A model generated the notes under the pieces. That model worked only from the letters and a program-made list of their open reading frames with translations. It searched no databases and was not told where the DNA came from. DNA of 63,066 nucleotides, filler included, from Choristocarpus tenellus KU-1152 (Eukaryota > Protista > Phaeophyceae): assembly GCA_964200185.2 (NCBI GenBank). It is 10 parts of 10 records of this genome, joined end to end, with 100 filler letters (N's around TTAATTAATTAA, not from the genome) between each part and the next. Parts side by side here need not be neighbours in the genome. Positions count along the whole stretch, not along the records: positions 44,142 to 51,762 come from CAXNAD020005862.1; positions 51,863 to 56,064 come from CAXNAD020015723.1; positions 56,165 to 59,835 come from CAXNAD020018599.1; positions 59,936 to 63,066 come from CAXNAD020022108.1; 6 more parts are not named here. The stretch is one strand, 5' to 3'. Position numbers and translations under genes: made by a program. Shown here piece after piece: positions 50,590-63,066 of the stretch; within the stretch, counting starts at the first letter, position 1, and each line of letters begins with the position of its first letter.

Positions 50590-53500
50590 GCAAGTTTGAT
50601 TTCTTGGCTCCTGTGATTTGATTGTGTGTGTAGGACTGAGTGTTGTGAACCACTATATTCTTAATTTGATTTTTTGATGCTGAAAATCTTTTGAGGAGGT
50701 ACACCTTCACTGGTGAGAGGGAAAATGTAGTGGAAGAGATGCCTTTGCTTGTGACAATATGTTTGCAATAGCTCAGGTCTTGACTTAGGTCTCATGCTTG
50801 CCCTGCCCTTACTCAACTTACCTTGCGCCAACTTGATTGCTGTTCTGAAGGATAGACCACCGTAGATCCTCGCATATGTGTTTGTGAGACCCATATATAT
50901 GTATATATATCTGTGCTCGTTTTCTATGCTGAGGCAAAGCGCCTTGAGTGAGTCTACCCATGGCTGTGCAATGAGCACTTCTTAGAAAACAAGATTTTAG
51001 CTTTTGCCTCACTTGGTATGTCGCACACCTTCCACGTATCAGGTCAGTGACCAGACCACTTCTCTTTCTTTTGGTTCATATGGCTTCATCATGTCGACCA
51101 GTGCAAAAAAAAAAGAAGCTCTAGAGACGTACAATAACACACAATTTGTCTTAATTCTTACTTCAGTACCATAGAAAACCAGTTATGAATGCTGGGGCAA
51201 AGGGGGAGGTGGGTGGGGGGGGTTATGGGTGTATTGATAATGGGGAGGTGAAGAATACACATCAGAAGTATGTGTATGTTTTAAAATGCAATTCCTGGTG
51301 AACACCTCTTCTTTGGCCTTTTTGTCCTGAAATGAAGTAGATGGAATCAAAGTCAGACCACCTCCTACCATGAAGTACTGGTGCCAGTCCTTGTCAAGTA
51401 TCACCTTTGGTCTCGCTTGCTTGGAAAAGCACAGTTGTTGTGTCCATTTCTGGTTTCAGGAACAGTGCATTTAATACCTGGTGTGATAGAATATTTCTGT
51501 GAGAGCTCATGTCCTGTATGCACAGGAATGGTGGGTGGATAAAGACCCCCTTTTGAGATATGATAATGGTCAACCTAACCTGGTGTTTTCCCCCTAACCA
51601 CCATTCAACTGAATGACTATGATGAAAGCAGTTGTTGCATATCACTGCTGCTATCGCACACCACATGTAATTTGTCGTATTCTAAATTCCTCTTCATTCC
51701 TCCCCCCCCCCCCCCCCCCCCCCCCCCCCTCTCCTTTCTTCCCCCCCCCTCCCCCCTCTTCCNNNNNNNNNNNNNNNNNNNNNNNNNNNNNNNNNNNNNN
51801 NNNNNNTTAATTAATTAANNNNNNNNNNNNNNNNNNNNNNNNNNNNNNNNNNNNNNNNNNNNTTTATGAAACCGCCATCAAGACATATCGCCTGTAACAG
51901 ATGTGTTGTTGGTGGGTGTACGGTACCTGGTCTAATCTTTTTTGCTGTGAAATCGTCCGTAAGGGGATTTATGTCTTAGGTTGAACTTGCTGTGATCCGA
52001 GATGCTGGAGCTCACACCTGTCGACTTATTTGTCGGGGAACCTTGATTGCTGATCCTTCCTCTCTTCTCCAAAGCATCATTCTTCGCGCACGCGTTTCTT
52101 CCTCTTCAAGATATCGTGTAATGCTGTCGTTCTTTAGTCGAAGCTATTTCGTTGGTCCCCTCTTGTTGTATTTAAATTTCAGGTCTTTCCCGCATAAAGT
52201 ATACACTTCACGTAGATTTTAAAGATTTCCTTTGTCTTTACCTTTTGGTATTGTCCCTCCCTTCAACAACTATGCGTTAAGGCATATTCTAACCATTTTT
52301 TGTAACTTTTCCCCGAGACAACACCTGCCCAACCGTTTGAGCATCATTGCATCCGACGAATATGTAGTGATGAATAAATATAGCCGTCCATGTGTGTATT
52401 TTCAGCTTCAGCGTGGCAAAGAGGGAACTGTTCACCAACAAGAACAATCATAGGATCACATACAGGCCAACGCCCTGCCAGACTGCATGAAATATATCGC
52501 ATTCTGGGATAACTAGACCCTCCGTATTCTTTGACGAGAAAGTGGTAGAAGAGAAAGAGAGTATGACACAGCCAGATACAAAAACCCAGTGCCTTACATC
52601 TAGAAATAAATATTAAAAAATCGTTAATTGTGAGTCAAAATCAATACAGATATCATCTGGTGTTGATTCTTTTGGACGTGTACCTTCTCTCCTCTTGCCA
52701 CAGCTGAACTGTGTTTTTGGGCACATGACGAAAAATACATTTATTGATAGTGTACTTGTACAAGTCTAGTTTCAGTTTTCCAAGCCTAGGCCCATACCAC
52801 GGGTAGCGTGGCATGCCCAACTTCGATTAAATTTCATCAATGTTAAAGTTCTATGGAGTATATATTATTAGATACATACAAGTCAGTTGTGTCTTTGCCA
52901 ATATACAACTGACACTAATATAACCATGCAGTACCCGTAGTTCCAACCACCAGAGACCAAAAAGGTGCAAAAACGGCGATCAAGTTCTACCAGTACACCA
53001 CATCGGCATCCACTCGGGCTGCAGAAGTATCATTTTGAAGCACAGTACCATCACGCATCACAACTGCTGTTCAAAAACACGAGAAGAAAGAAAGAGAGCC
53101 TCAAAATAACACAACCTCAACTCGTTCTCCGACCTGTCTACGTGCTAACCTTCAAACATGATTATGATACAGTGACGCAGCGTCTTACAAGTTAACCTTG
53201 ACGCCTTTTGTGGTACGGATGATGTTTTGCTATATTCCAACCTCCTACCTTCGAATCCGACATAAGAAATCAAGACCAAACAAACAGCTATCTTGTCGAA
53301 GTACCGAAGATGCAAAAGGAAGGGGATATCAACCCCATGATCCTCGCTGTTTTCCTCCTACAACAACGATACCTCACTAACACAAAACGTGTGGCATGAG
53401 TCGCAGACAAAGGGACCAAACCAAGGACCAAGATAGCTGGAAGAACACGCATCCAGGAGTCATCGTACCGCAGCTGTTCAGTCCTAAGAAAAGTCACGTT

Positions 53501-53946
53501 TCGTTTGTTGTTCGTCAGATAACCCAATGACATTTGACTTCAGAAGACAACCAACAAACTAGAACGCGCACAGTCTTATCAAGAGAAATTTCACGAAGGA
53601 CCACTGACGTCACTCATTCTAAATTGCATGCCTCTCAGCAGGTTGTGTAAGAAAGAGAGAAGAACGGAAGACGATTGATTTTGTTGCACGAATAGCTGTG
53701 TCGTCTGCAAGGAGGTTTGCTGCAGGCAGACAAGGGTGTCCACCCACGTTTCCTTTTTCACATCATTCATGCATACGCAGCTCTCTGCAGTGAGCAGGGG
53801 TTGAAAGGTCTGTGCCAACGCTCTTATGTACACAAGGCAAAGTGACAACGATCAGGTACGCTAAGTACTAGATTATCCCAATTCAGTACACATAAATACA
53901 AAACGTACCTGATCAGAAATAAGGAAGGCGCTCAAACCCTCTCAGC

Positions 53947-54342
53947 TTAGTCCAAGAGACGGCGTACGTAGGGTGCACTCTTATTGACAGTCTTTCCGGT
54001 AGAGCATTTTGGGAAGTGCTTTCCCTTCTTGGCCTTCTTCTTCAGTGTACCCTTCTTGAAATAGCATTTACGACAGTTTGTAATGCCCTTTTTACCGCAA
54101 CCACTTCCAAGCAGAGGATCACCCTGCATCGATGTACACCTGTCGTCGCAGAAGAAGGTCTTCTTCCTCTTCGTCCCATCATTTTTTAGGAGGGGCTTCG
54201 TTTTGCACGCGGCGCCGCACGTCTGCAGACCACGCTGCACTCTCGTCTCTACCCTGGATTCTTGGACTGCACTGGTGCTGGAAACTGCCGCAAGTAGCGA
54301 GACAACCAGTAAGACGATGCGCAGGATGGGTGAAGTCGACAT
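53947..54342 (-). CDS. Small secreted cysteine- and lysine-rich protein (~131 aa)
   Basis: ATG at 54342. Hydrophobic signal peptide (MSTSPILRIVLLVVSLLAAVSSTSA), putative pro-region ending RGLQ, then 8 Cys and a very basic tail. The 3' end may be spliced at TAC|GTACGC (53968). Confidence 0.75.
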   Translation of the reverse strand: MSTSPILRIVLLVVSLLAAVSSTSAVQESRVETRVQRGLQTCGAACKTKPLLKNDGTKRKKTFFCDDRCTSMQGDPLLGSGCGKKGITNCRKCYFKKGTLKKKAKKGKHFPKCSTGKTVNKSAPYVRRLLD

Positions 54343-55789
54343 ATTGGCCCTGGTACTGTTTACTTCTTCCAAGAAGAGAGTGACTGAGTGAGGAAGGGTA
54401 TGAGTTGTAGGGGGCGTCTGAGGTGTGTTTTTGGGGGTGATGTTTCAAATTTGTATTTTTTACAAATATATTTTGATCATTTTGCGATCTGTGTACGTGC
54501 GGAAAAATCGATATATTAACACCCTTTATACCTGAATTCATCGGTGTTTTTTTCATCTGTGAGGCCTATCTGATTATTTTGATGGGAGACTAAAATACAT
54601 CATCTTCCAATGAGAGTATACAGTTTTCAGATTATATTTTAGAGAGGAAGTGTATTTTGACTTTCACGATGAAAACAATCCGATCAAAAATCTGTAGTAT
54701 TGAATGGAAAAAACAATATTATTGACTGAAGTGAAACGTAAGATTTTTTTGAATTGTTTACTTATGGACATCAGTAGTTTTTATAGTAGTGGTGGTGGTA
54801 GTAGTTTACAGGTATTCTTGTGTTAGTGTATCTCCAATACACAAATATCTTAGACTATTTGCTATCATTCTCAATAGAACATATTCAAATTCAACCCCAC
54901 ACCAACAAACATTTATCCACACCATGGATTTGATCACACATTGAAAAGTGGAGTGAAGAAGGAACGGATAGGTTGAAGGTTTTGTACTCTTTTTGCTGTA
55001 TTTTTTCACAACTACTACTTGTCAAATAAAAACTTATTCCACTTGTATATCCGCCCCTTGATATTTTTGAATGTTGGGTTGACCAGTCTGAATATGACAA
55101 ATTTTCTCTCCACCTCCTCCCTTGAATCCTTTTTCGAACTCCCTCTCTCCCTAACAAATACAGTTGTCGGGAGAAAACCAATTAGAAACCATTCAAATGT
55201 CAGAACAACCCCTGAAAAAGTAAAAGTTTTTTCTACTATGGCCGTTCAATATCATTATTGTTGGTACTGTTATTTTGTTATTATCACTATGATTATTTCT
55301 ATTAATATTAACATTCAATAGTATATTGTTTACTAAATTTTCAGTACTGTGAAACGGATGGGAACAAGCTGACGGTTCTTCGAAATGAAGGGGAACGGGA
55401 AGACCCACAGGAGGCAAGGAAAAGGAGAGAGAGAAGTCAAGAGGGAGAACAATTCCTCAGAAGATCTCTCGGGAAAGGAGTGAACAAGTGGTAACTGAAT
55501 AAGGGGGGTCTGGGAAGGTCCCCTCAAACCATCCGATCTTACATCGAGCAGATGTTACCTTCAACATGCAAGTGTCATATGAATATCAGATTTTTCAAGA
55601 TAGGTTACCTTCAGGATATACCTTCTTTGGAAGATGGCTCTCACATTATTGCTAAATATTCATACCATTATTGTTGTTATTGTTATTTTTCTTACCATTA
55701 TTATTTTCGTTATTAGTAATAGTATTAGTACAAATATTCACATTATTCTGCTAATCTAATTGAGGAAGTTTGTTAAGTAATCTGAGTTT

Positions 55790-56064
55790 TGTGGGGGGGA
55801 AATTTGGGAGGGATGACTTATTGGGAGTGGAGTGCAGAAAGAAAACAATGAGAAGGTGGATGAAGAGCTAAGTAATGGGTGGCTAGGAGGCAGAAGAGGT
55901 AGGAGGGGAAGGGACATACCAAAAGGTTAACTTGACGTGGGCCAGGACAAGCAGGACTAGAACAAGGCAACCTCCGAGAAATCTTTCCCACCCACCCACC
56001 CTTTCGATTGCTCATGACTGATTGGGATGCTGGGGGGGGGGTGAGGTCAAGTTCAGGCAGGGTA
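55790..56064. repeat. Dispersed repeat family D, copy 2
   Basis: Homologous to 2205-2545. Confidence 0.7.
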
Positions 56065-56545
56065 NNNNNNNNNNNNNNNNNNNNNNNNNNNNNNNNNNNN
56101 NNNNNNNNTTAATTAATTAANNNNNNNNNNNNNNNNNNNNNNNNNNNNNNNNNNNNNNNNNNNNGGGCCTTGCCCCCCCTCTCTTCTTCGGGGGCGGCTG
56201 GAAAAACAAGGTTTTGGTCGCCCTCCCCGGGTTTTCCAACCCCCCCCCCCCCCCCCCCCCATTGGTGACGGGATCAGACACGCCTCATTTTGTGTGGTAT
56301 GAATGTTGGAGTAGGGGGGAACTCGAGTTTCGTGTACCTTGTATTGTCAAATCATGTGTACCTTTTTTGTTTTGTGGTGTACTATATTGCTCACTGTTTC
56401 ACTTGTGTATACCCTTGGCATCTGAGTCGAAGAGAGGTATATCTGAGAAAAGGTATGTCAAAAAAAGGTGTACAATATTAGCATGTCTCCTAGTAGCTCT
56501 TTCTGTTAACATGACCACCCCTTGCATGTAAGTATACGCGTCTTG

Positions 56546-57040
56546 TGTATGTCTCTATGTGTATCTCAAACATGTCTCTATGTGTACCTCAAATATGTCT
56601 CTATTTATACCTGAAACATTTCTCTATGTGTACCTCAAATATGTTTCTATGTGTACCTCAAATATATCTCTATTTATACCTGAAACATTTCTCTATGTGT
56701 ACCTCAAATATGTTTCTATGTGTACCTCAAATATATCTCTATTTATACCTGAAACATTTCTCTATGTGTACCTCAAATATGTCTCTATGTATACCTCAAA
56801 TATGTCCCCATGTGTACCTCAAATATATTTTTATGTATACCTGAAACATGTCTTGTGTGTGTCTCGTTTATGTCTCGTTTTTGTCTCGTTTATGTCTCGT
56901 TTATGTCTCGTTTTGTCTCGTTTTTGTCTCGTTTATGTCTTGTTTATGTCTCGTTTATGTCTCGTTTATGTCTCGTTTTGTCTCGTTTTTGTCTCGTTTA
57001 TGTCTCGTTTATGTCTCGTTTTTGTCTCGTTTATGTCTCG
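56546..57040. repeat. Compound minisatellite: ~20-22-bp TCTCTATGTGTACCTCAAATATG units (61-bp higher order), then 11-bp TGTCTCGTTTA/T units
   Basis: Read directly; lies in the metH intron just upstream of the acceptor at 57066. Confidence 0.9.
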
Positions 57041-57066
57041 CGTGTTATTTGATTGTTGGGGTGAAG

Positions 57067-58990
57067 GTGGGAGAGGATGAGTTCCGGCGCCATGCGAGCA
57101 TTGTGAAGGCTCATGGCGCTGCTGTTGTGGTGATGGCATTTGATGAGGAGGGACAGGCGGCGGATGAGGAGAACAAAGTTCGCATTTGCAAACGATCGTA
57201 CGATATTCTTGTCAATGAGGTGAGAAGTTAACGGGGGAGGAATAAAGTGTACTTGGTTGATTGAGTTAGGGTGAGGGTTGATATGGCTTTACTGAAGTGA
57301 ATGAAGAGGCGGTCAAGGTATGAGGTGTTGGAGACATACCTACATACATATGCTGTTATTGGTGCATGTTGATTATGTGTTCAGAGGTGCTAGAGTCTGC
57401 ACTGCTTGTCATCTTAACTTCTTGTTATTATGAACTTAACTTTTAAGTTGTTTCTCCCACATTGAAAAGTGTTGCTGCCTTTTTAGTAGTTTTTGTGTAT
57501 GTACATGTGTGTATATGTACATGTGTTTTATTGACAGAGTGTAGTGAGGGAGGTTTGAACTATTGAGTTCTTGGGCCGGATTTGTTTTGTTGTAGGTCTA
57601 GCAATGAGAAGGTTTGAGCTCCCTAACCCTAACCCTAATCCCAACCCTCTGGTAGTTACTGTAGAAATAGTGTTTTTTTGGATGATCATTTGTCGATATT
57701 TGTTTGTTCCTCTCCTCCCTACAGCCCTGATTGAACTTACTGTTTTCATCGAAGAAATGGTTTTCTTATTTTTTGCTTTTGAAGTGAAGAGGAAGTTTCT
57801 CGACATTCTCCTCGCACTGCTTTTGGGTCGCTACCGCTACTCTGGATAGGTGGGCTTTCCCCCGGAGGACATCATCTTCGACCCCAACATCCTGACCATT
57901 GCCACGGGAATCGATGAGCACAACAACTATGCCGTCGATATGATAAATGCAACCAAGAGGATCAAGGAGGTACGTTTGTTTGTGTGCGTTTGCTTGTGTG
58001 TACGGTGTGAATGGGATGGGAAGTTTTACTCTGGGGTTACCTTCGATACTTCAATCTGGGGAGTATCTTAATCTTTGGCCAAGAGGCGCTGTAGACTGTT
58101 GTGGTATCTGTAACGGCGAAGGTTGGACTGCGGTTGAATGCACCGGCTCTTTTTTTACCCAAGTTTGTATTGTGGTTGTTCTTGTTATTCTTTTTGATCC
58201 GAATCTGTCGTGTGTTTGACTCGGATTGTTGACGCCTCTTTGGCAATGAAACCTTGCTGCCTTCTTTGTCTGTTGTGTGGTGTAGGGAAAGGTGGGATGT
58301 TGATGGGACATGGGCGTACCCACTGCTGTTGACTTGAATCACAGAAGCAATTGCGCAAACAATAGCAGAAACCATGTTTCCATGATATGAAGTGAGATGT
58401 TCATAGGGTTAGAACCTGCGAAAATTCGTGAGGGAACGGCCTTCATTAACCACTGGGCTGCAGGAATTTTGGTCGCAATGGGTTTAGGGTTAGGGTTAGG
58501 GTTAGGGTTAGGGTTAGTGTAAGAGCGTTTGGGGGTATGATGTGGCCTTGACTCTGGTTACATGTGTTCAAAGGGATTGTTGGTACTATTAATATGGTTA
58601 CTTGATCGCTCTTGAACCTTCTTTCTGATTGGTATATATTTTTCTCCCCATGTTCTTTTTGGATAAGCTCCAACAGGGTGTCTGTATTGGGAAAAGTCAA
58701 TCTTGGAACTGCCACCTTTAGAGTGATTTACTGTGATTTCGACTTGAAATTTTTCAGTCTGTAGCAAACCACATGTGCCTGGCGTTCCCCCTCCCCTCCT
58801 TCACCATCCTTGCCCTGCTGCAGACTCCCCTAAGAATAACCTGGTTGACCTCTCCTAATCTCATACCTTGATCCCTTTTTGGAATGTGATGCCGTTTTTT
58901 TTGTGATGGCAGGAGTGTCCCTATAGCAAAATCTCCGGGGGAGTTTCTAACCTGTCATTTGGGTTCCGTGGGGTCAACGTCATCCGTGAG
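57067..58990 (+). CDS. metH: Cobalamin-dependent methionine synthase, pterin-binding domain exons (internal fragment)
   Basis: Phase-0 exons 57067-57219 (VGEDEF...[15 protein letters not shown]...ICKRSY), 57850-57969 ([28 protein letters not shown]) and 58913-58990 ([25 protein letters not shown]); all classic MetH motifs. Confidence 0.97.
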
Positions 58991-60733
58991 GTGATCTCCT
59001 CATGCCCTCGTTCTCTGATGGCCCTCCCCTGCGCACTAGCACTCACACACACACTCCCCTACCACCCCAAGGATAGTGCTTTTCACGGTAATCTTGGTGG
59101 AGTGGCACACTTTTGTCTTTGGGAGATAAGAACTCGCTATAGGACACCTTTATAGACCATGCTGTTTATTGTGTTGAGCATTTTTTTGTTGGTTTTTATT
59201 TATTTTTGTTTGAATTTTTAGTTTTTTAATTTTTTTTTATGGTATGGTGGTGTGACAGCACTTGCATCGATTTCCTTGTGTGTGCAACCTTTGGTTAGAG
59301 TGGTATCATTGTCGATGTTGAATGAAGATTGGAGTTAGGGTTAGAGTTAGGGTTAGAGTTAGGGTTAGGGTTAGGGTTAGGGTTAGGATTAGGGACGAGG
59401 CCAGGTGATTTTTTTAGAAGCGGAATGCATTAGTGGTGTCTGCACCGATGGAGAATTTGTTGTTGTTGTAGGTGGAGTATTTTTAAATTTTGAGTTAAGG
59501 TGGTGTGTATTTGGAGGTTACTTCTCGCATGGTGCAACGGTATATTTTTCTTGATGTGGAACAGCAGAGTTAGAAGCAACAAAGTATACATTCAACTCTT
59601 TTTTGCTTTACACGTGCTTGATATTTGATATGTGTGCCACAGCAGCGGCCTCTTGGTGTTCTCGTGGAGATGACATTTTGTGTCTGTGAAGGCCTGACTG
59701 GAATGTTGTAGGGTCTCCTCTCATCAGGCCCCCAGTTGCTCATCTTAGGTGTGAATTTGTTCCCTTCTCATCACTCTACTGCCCCCCCCCCCCCCCCCCC
59801 CCCCTCACCCCCCTCTCACCCCCCTCCCCCTCTCANNNNNNNNNNNNNNNNNNNNNNNNNNNNNNNNNNNNNNNNNNNNTTAATTAATTAANNNNNNNNN
59901 NNNNNNNNNNNNNNNNNNNNNNNNNNNNNNNNNNNGATTGGTGTTTTTTTTTTTTTTTTTATGAGCTGAACGATGCTGTTTGCTTTGTTCTTGGCTGGGG
60001 TGTGATTGTCTTTTTTAAAAATCAAGATAATGGAGTAGAGTTGGTATTTATAGTAGAGTTCCATGATTAGTTAAAAAAAAAAAAATTCAAAGGTTGGGGT
60101 TATGGGGTGTTGGCAACACATTGATTTATACCTTTTTTTTTAGGGTGTGTGGAAGACATGCCAAGGTAATAGCCGTAGGCGTGGTGTGGGGTTAATTAGT
60201 TGAGTTGGTGGGGGGTAACACCCTCACATCTTTTTCGTGGGAGTGAGACGTGGATCTGTTCCTGAGTCAACCATAGAGCAGGTTTCAGTGAAAAGATGGT
60301 ATCTTTTCTCTTTTTTTCTTAGTACCATTGCATTCGTCTATGCTGTGATCTATCTCTAATGTACCATGTGTCTCTGCTTCTGGTGGGTACTTTAGAGTTG
60401 TTTTGAGATGTGAGCTTTTTTTCCACATTTTTGCTCAATAAAGGTTTGTTTGATGCACAGGAGGGAAGGATTTTGATGGTTTTCCAACGGGCGTGTTTGC
60501 CAAAAGTCTGTGCATGAATGCCTCTTCTCAAAATAACAGATGGCAAGGGAGCACAGCACATCAATGTAGTCAGTTGTCTGATTCTGATACTCTCTGGGCA
60601 ATCTTATCTCTTCTCAAGTAGGAGTTAACCCCTTGCTTTGTATTTTTTTTTCTTAGCCTTGTATGTTCCCCCTCAACTGTACTTAACTTTATGAAACGCC
60701 CAATGATTTTTTTTTTTTTCACTCACTTGAAAG

Positions 60734-62244
60734 GGATTGACATACCTTCATGCCCATAACCAGCTGCATCGGGATGTGAAGCCCAGTAATATTCTTCTCA
60801 ATGCGCAGGGAGAGGTAAGGGTAGAGTAGAGGGGTGGGGGGGATTTTGAAACTGAAGAATAGGTAGCTCGATTCTGTTTTTATTTTATTGAAGCAGGTTG
60901 CATTTTTGGTGAATTGGATAGTCCACCTGCTCCAGGAGTTCCACTCTAGATCAGAAGTACATGCCGCAACCACCTTGGGAGGGGGGTGGGCAGTTGTTTT
61001 GTTGTGAGTTGATACAATGTCATCATCTTTTTTTCCATAGATGGGGTTGGCGAGGTAAGAGAGCTGGTGCCGCACACTGGATGACATGCAATACTTTTTT
61101 TTTTTAGAGAAGGTAATGGTGTCTTTTGTCTACACTGATTGTTTTTTCTTTTTCTTTTAATGGACTGGACGTTCAAACACTTCTCAAACAATTAGAACTG
61201 TTGTTCAAAAAATGAGAACTGTTGTTCAAACAATGAGAACTGTTGTTCAAACAATGAGAACTGTTGTTGATATTCAGAACTTCTTGTTGCGGGGAAGAGC
61301 TTTTTTTTTAATGGCACAAGGACAGCCTCTTTGGGGGGAGGGGGGTGAAGTGTAATGCCATTGCAGTTACACTAAACCCCAAGTGAAATCGACGTGAGTA
61401 CCTGTTGTCAGTGATGGTAGGTGGGCTCTTATCATGCCCTTAATTGTACGATGATGACCTGTGAAATTGTTTCGCTGTTTCTGCGGTAGAATGACCTCTC
61501 TTCACAAAGATTCTTTTTTTTTTTTAAAAGAACATTTTTTTTAATGTATTGTTCAGATCTGTTCAAGCGGCTACAGACGTAACAAAGAGAAGAAAAGACC
61601 GGTATGATGGATACGGTCGGCGGTTGAAGGGAACAGGGGGGGGTGGTATAATGATAATTGTTAGTGTCCTCTGCTTTGCATCTTGCGATATTTTTCCCTC
61701 AGTATCTTACACTTTTTTTGTTTTTTGTTTGTTTGAGCTGTACGTGAAGTTAAGTGCTTTGAAGTGTATGTACCATGTCTTTTTTTATTGTTTCTTGGGT
61801 CACTGCTATCGACGCAGCGAACGCCATAGAGCTTTGGTGTAGGAACTCTTTTTATAATGTTTATTTTTTTGATAAAATTAAGTGATTTTTTTTTGTAATA
61901 TTTTTTTATCTCGTTTGAATTCGTGTGATGAGAGTGTGCATGTTGGAAAAAAATAAAATAAAAATAGTTGTGTGCGGTATGTGTGGTGTTGCCAGGTGGC
62001 ATCACCACTGTTCAATATGCTTAGTACATATTGTATGTGTGTGTGTTATGTGTGTGTTTTGTATGAAAAGGTGAAATTGACTGACTTCGGGATAGCAAGA
62101 GAGCTGGACCATGCTGGGGCTATGGTGGAGACTGTGGTAGGCACGGTTAGATACATGTCGCCTGAACGACTTCATGGCAATGCTTATGGGAGCCCAGCGG
62201 ATGTATGGGGCCTAGGGCTGGTGATGATTGAATGTGTCTCACAG
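60734..62244 (+). CDS. Ser/Thr protein kinase, MAP kinase kinase (STE7/MKK-like), internal fragment
   Basis: Exons 60734-60814 ([27 protein letters not shown]) and 62071-62244 ([11 protein letters not shown]...[27 protein letters not shown]). HRDVKPSN and YMSPER are MAP2K hallmarks. Confidence 0.9.
61195..61270. repeat. 22-bp tandem repeat (GAACTGTTGTTCAAACAATGAG) x3.5
   Basis: Read directly from the sequence. Confidence 0.85.
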
Positions 62245-63066
62245 GTTAGTCTGCGTGGTGATTGAATGTGATCCTTGGCCTGCTATGAGAATAAAAAAAA
62301 GAATCGATTCTGATCTGTGATGACTTGAGAACTTGATACTGTCGTAAACGCCTGATTCTACCTGACTGTAGCGTCTGGTTCATGCCCATATCGCAGCCGC
62401 CCTCTACCTCTGAACTGTTGTGTATGGATGGATGCTGCCACGCTGCGTTTGCTTTGGGTTAATAGTTTCTTTGTTTTTGTTGCACCAACCCGCTGGGAAA
62501 TTGTTGTTACATTTTTTTGTCTCTTTTGTCTCTTTTCCAAGCTTTTATGTTTTTTATTTTCTTGTTTGTTGTTTTTGCATGACTCTTTAGTGTATTGCAC
62601 CAGACCCCATGTTGCTACCACCTGCGGACAACCTGCAGGTGGTACGAGAGCCGCTTTCTAGTGTCCATGACTACTTGCTTGTAATTGATGTCCTCCTAAC
62701 CCTAACTAACCCTCAGTCTCTAAAGTCTCTGTGGGTGTGATTGTCTTGTTTTTGTGTAGGCAAGGGGATCAATTCCCAACTTGGGGTGTGTAGACCCCCT
62801 CATCCTTTTTTGCTAAAATTAGGACTTTTACTGTTCCATATGGCATGAAGAGTAGAGGTCTCCTGTGATTTGAAAAAAAAAGAAAAATATCAAGTTTTCA
62901 CTTGTGTTTGAAATTTTGCCAGTTTGTGCCCCGCTGTTATTAGTCCCGGATTTTCTTGTGGTTTCACTCTAGTCAAAGTGAGGTCCACCCCCCCTCTCAG
63001 GGTCTGCTCAAGCAAGGGCGTCATTGCTATCGCCTTCCAATTGCTTCCCATCAACCCCCCCCCTCC

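Noticed and set aside
56545-57066. Hydrophobic repetitive ORFs (100-173 aa)
   Set aside because: Translations of intronic minisatellites; only 57067-57219 is MetH coding sequence.
59335-59394. TTAGGG tracts as true chromosome ends
   Set aside because: Short, degenerate, interstitial and mostly intronic; none forms a long terminal array.

Overview
Eukaryotic, intron-rich, repeat-rich DNA. The window is a pseudo-scaffold of 10 unrelated contigs joined by artificial N44-TTAATTAATTAA-N44 linkers: 1-12103, 12204-22289, 22390-31365, 31466-36706, 36807-39974, 40075-44041, 44142-51762, 51863-56064, 56165-59835 and 59936-63066. Gene structure, TTAGGG repeats and gene content suggest a stramenopile, possibly a brown alga or relative (inference). 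Spliced gene fragments reconstructed by hand: fucokinase/GDP-fucose pyrophosphorylase (5' part), ATP phosphoribosyltransferase HisG (3' part), MCM8 (3' end), a golgin-like coiled-coil protein head-to-head with an orphan 513-aa exon, a small secreted Cys/Lys-rich protein, cobalamin-dependent methionine synthase (3 exons) and a MAP kinase kinase (2 exons). Non-coding DNA includes a decayed DD39D mariner transposase, two MITE families sharing the same termini (about a dozen copies or ends), a 1.57-kb TIR element, other dispersed repeats and a 2.7-kb 77/78-bp satellite. Most notable: (1) a 740-bp near-perfect intronic fold-back whose inner mismatches are G:U-compatible on the host-gene strand (candidate miRNA/hairpin-RNA locus); (2) telomere-type repeats arranged G-strand after 5' splice sites and C-strand before 3' splice sites; (3) an apparently high rate of GC-AG introns. 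No prokaryotic features and no CRISPR array.
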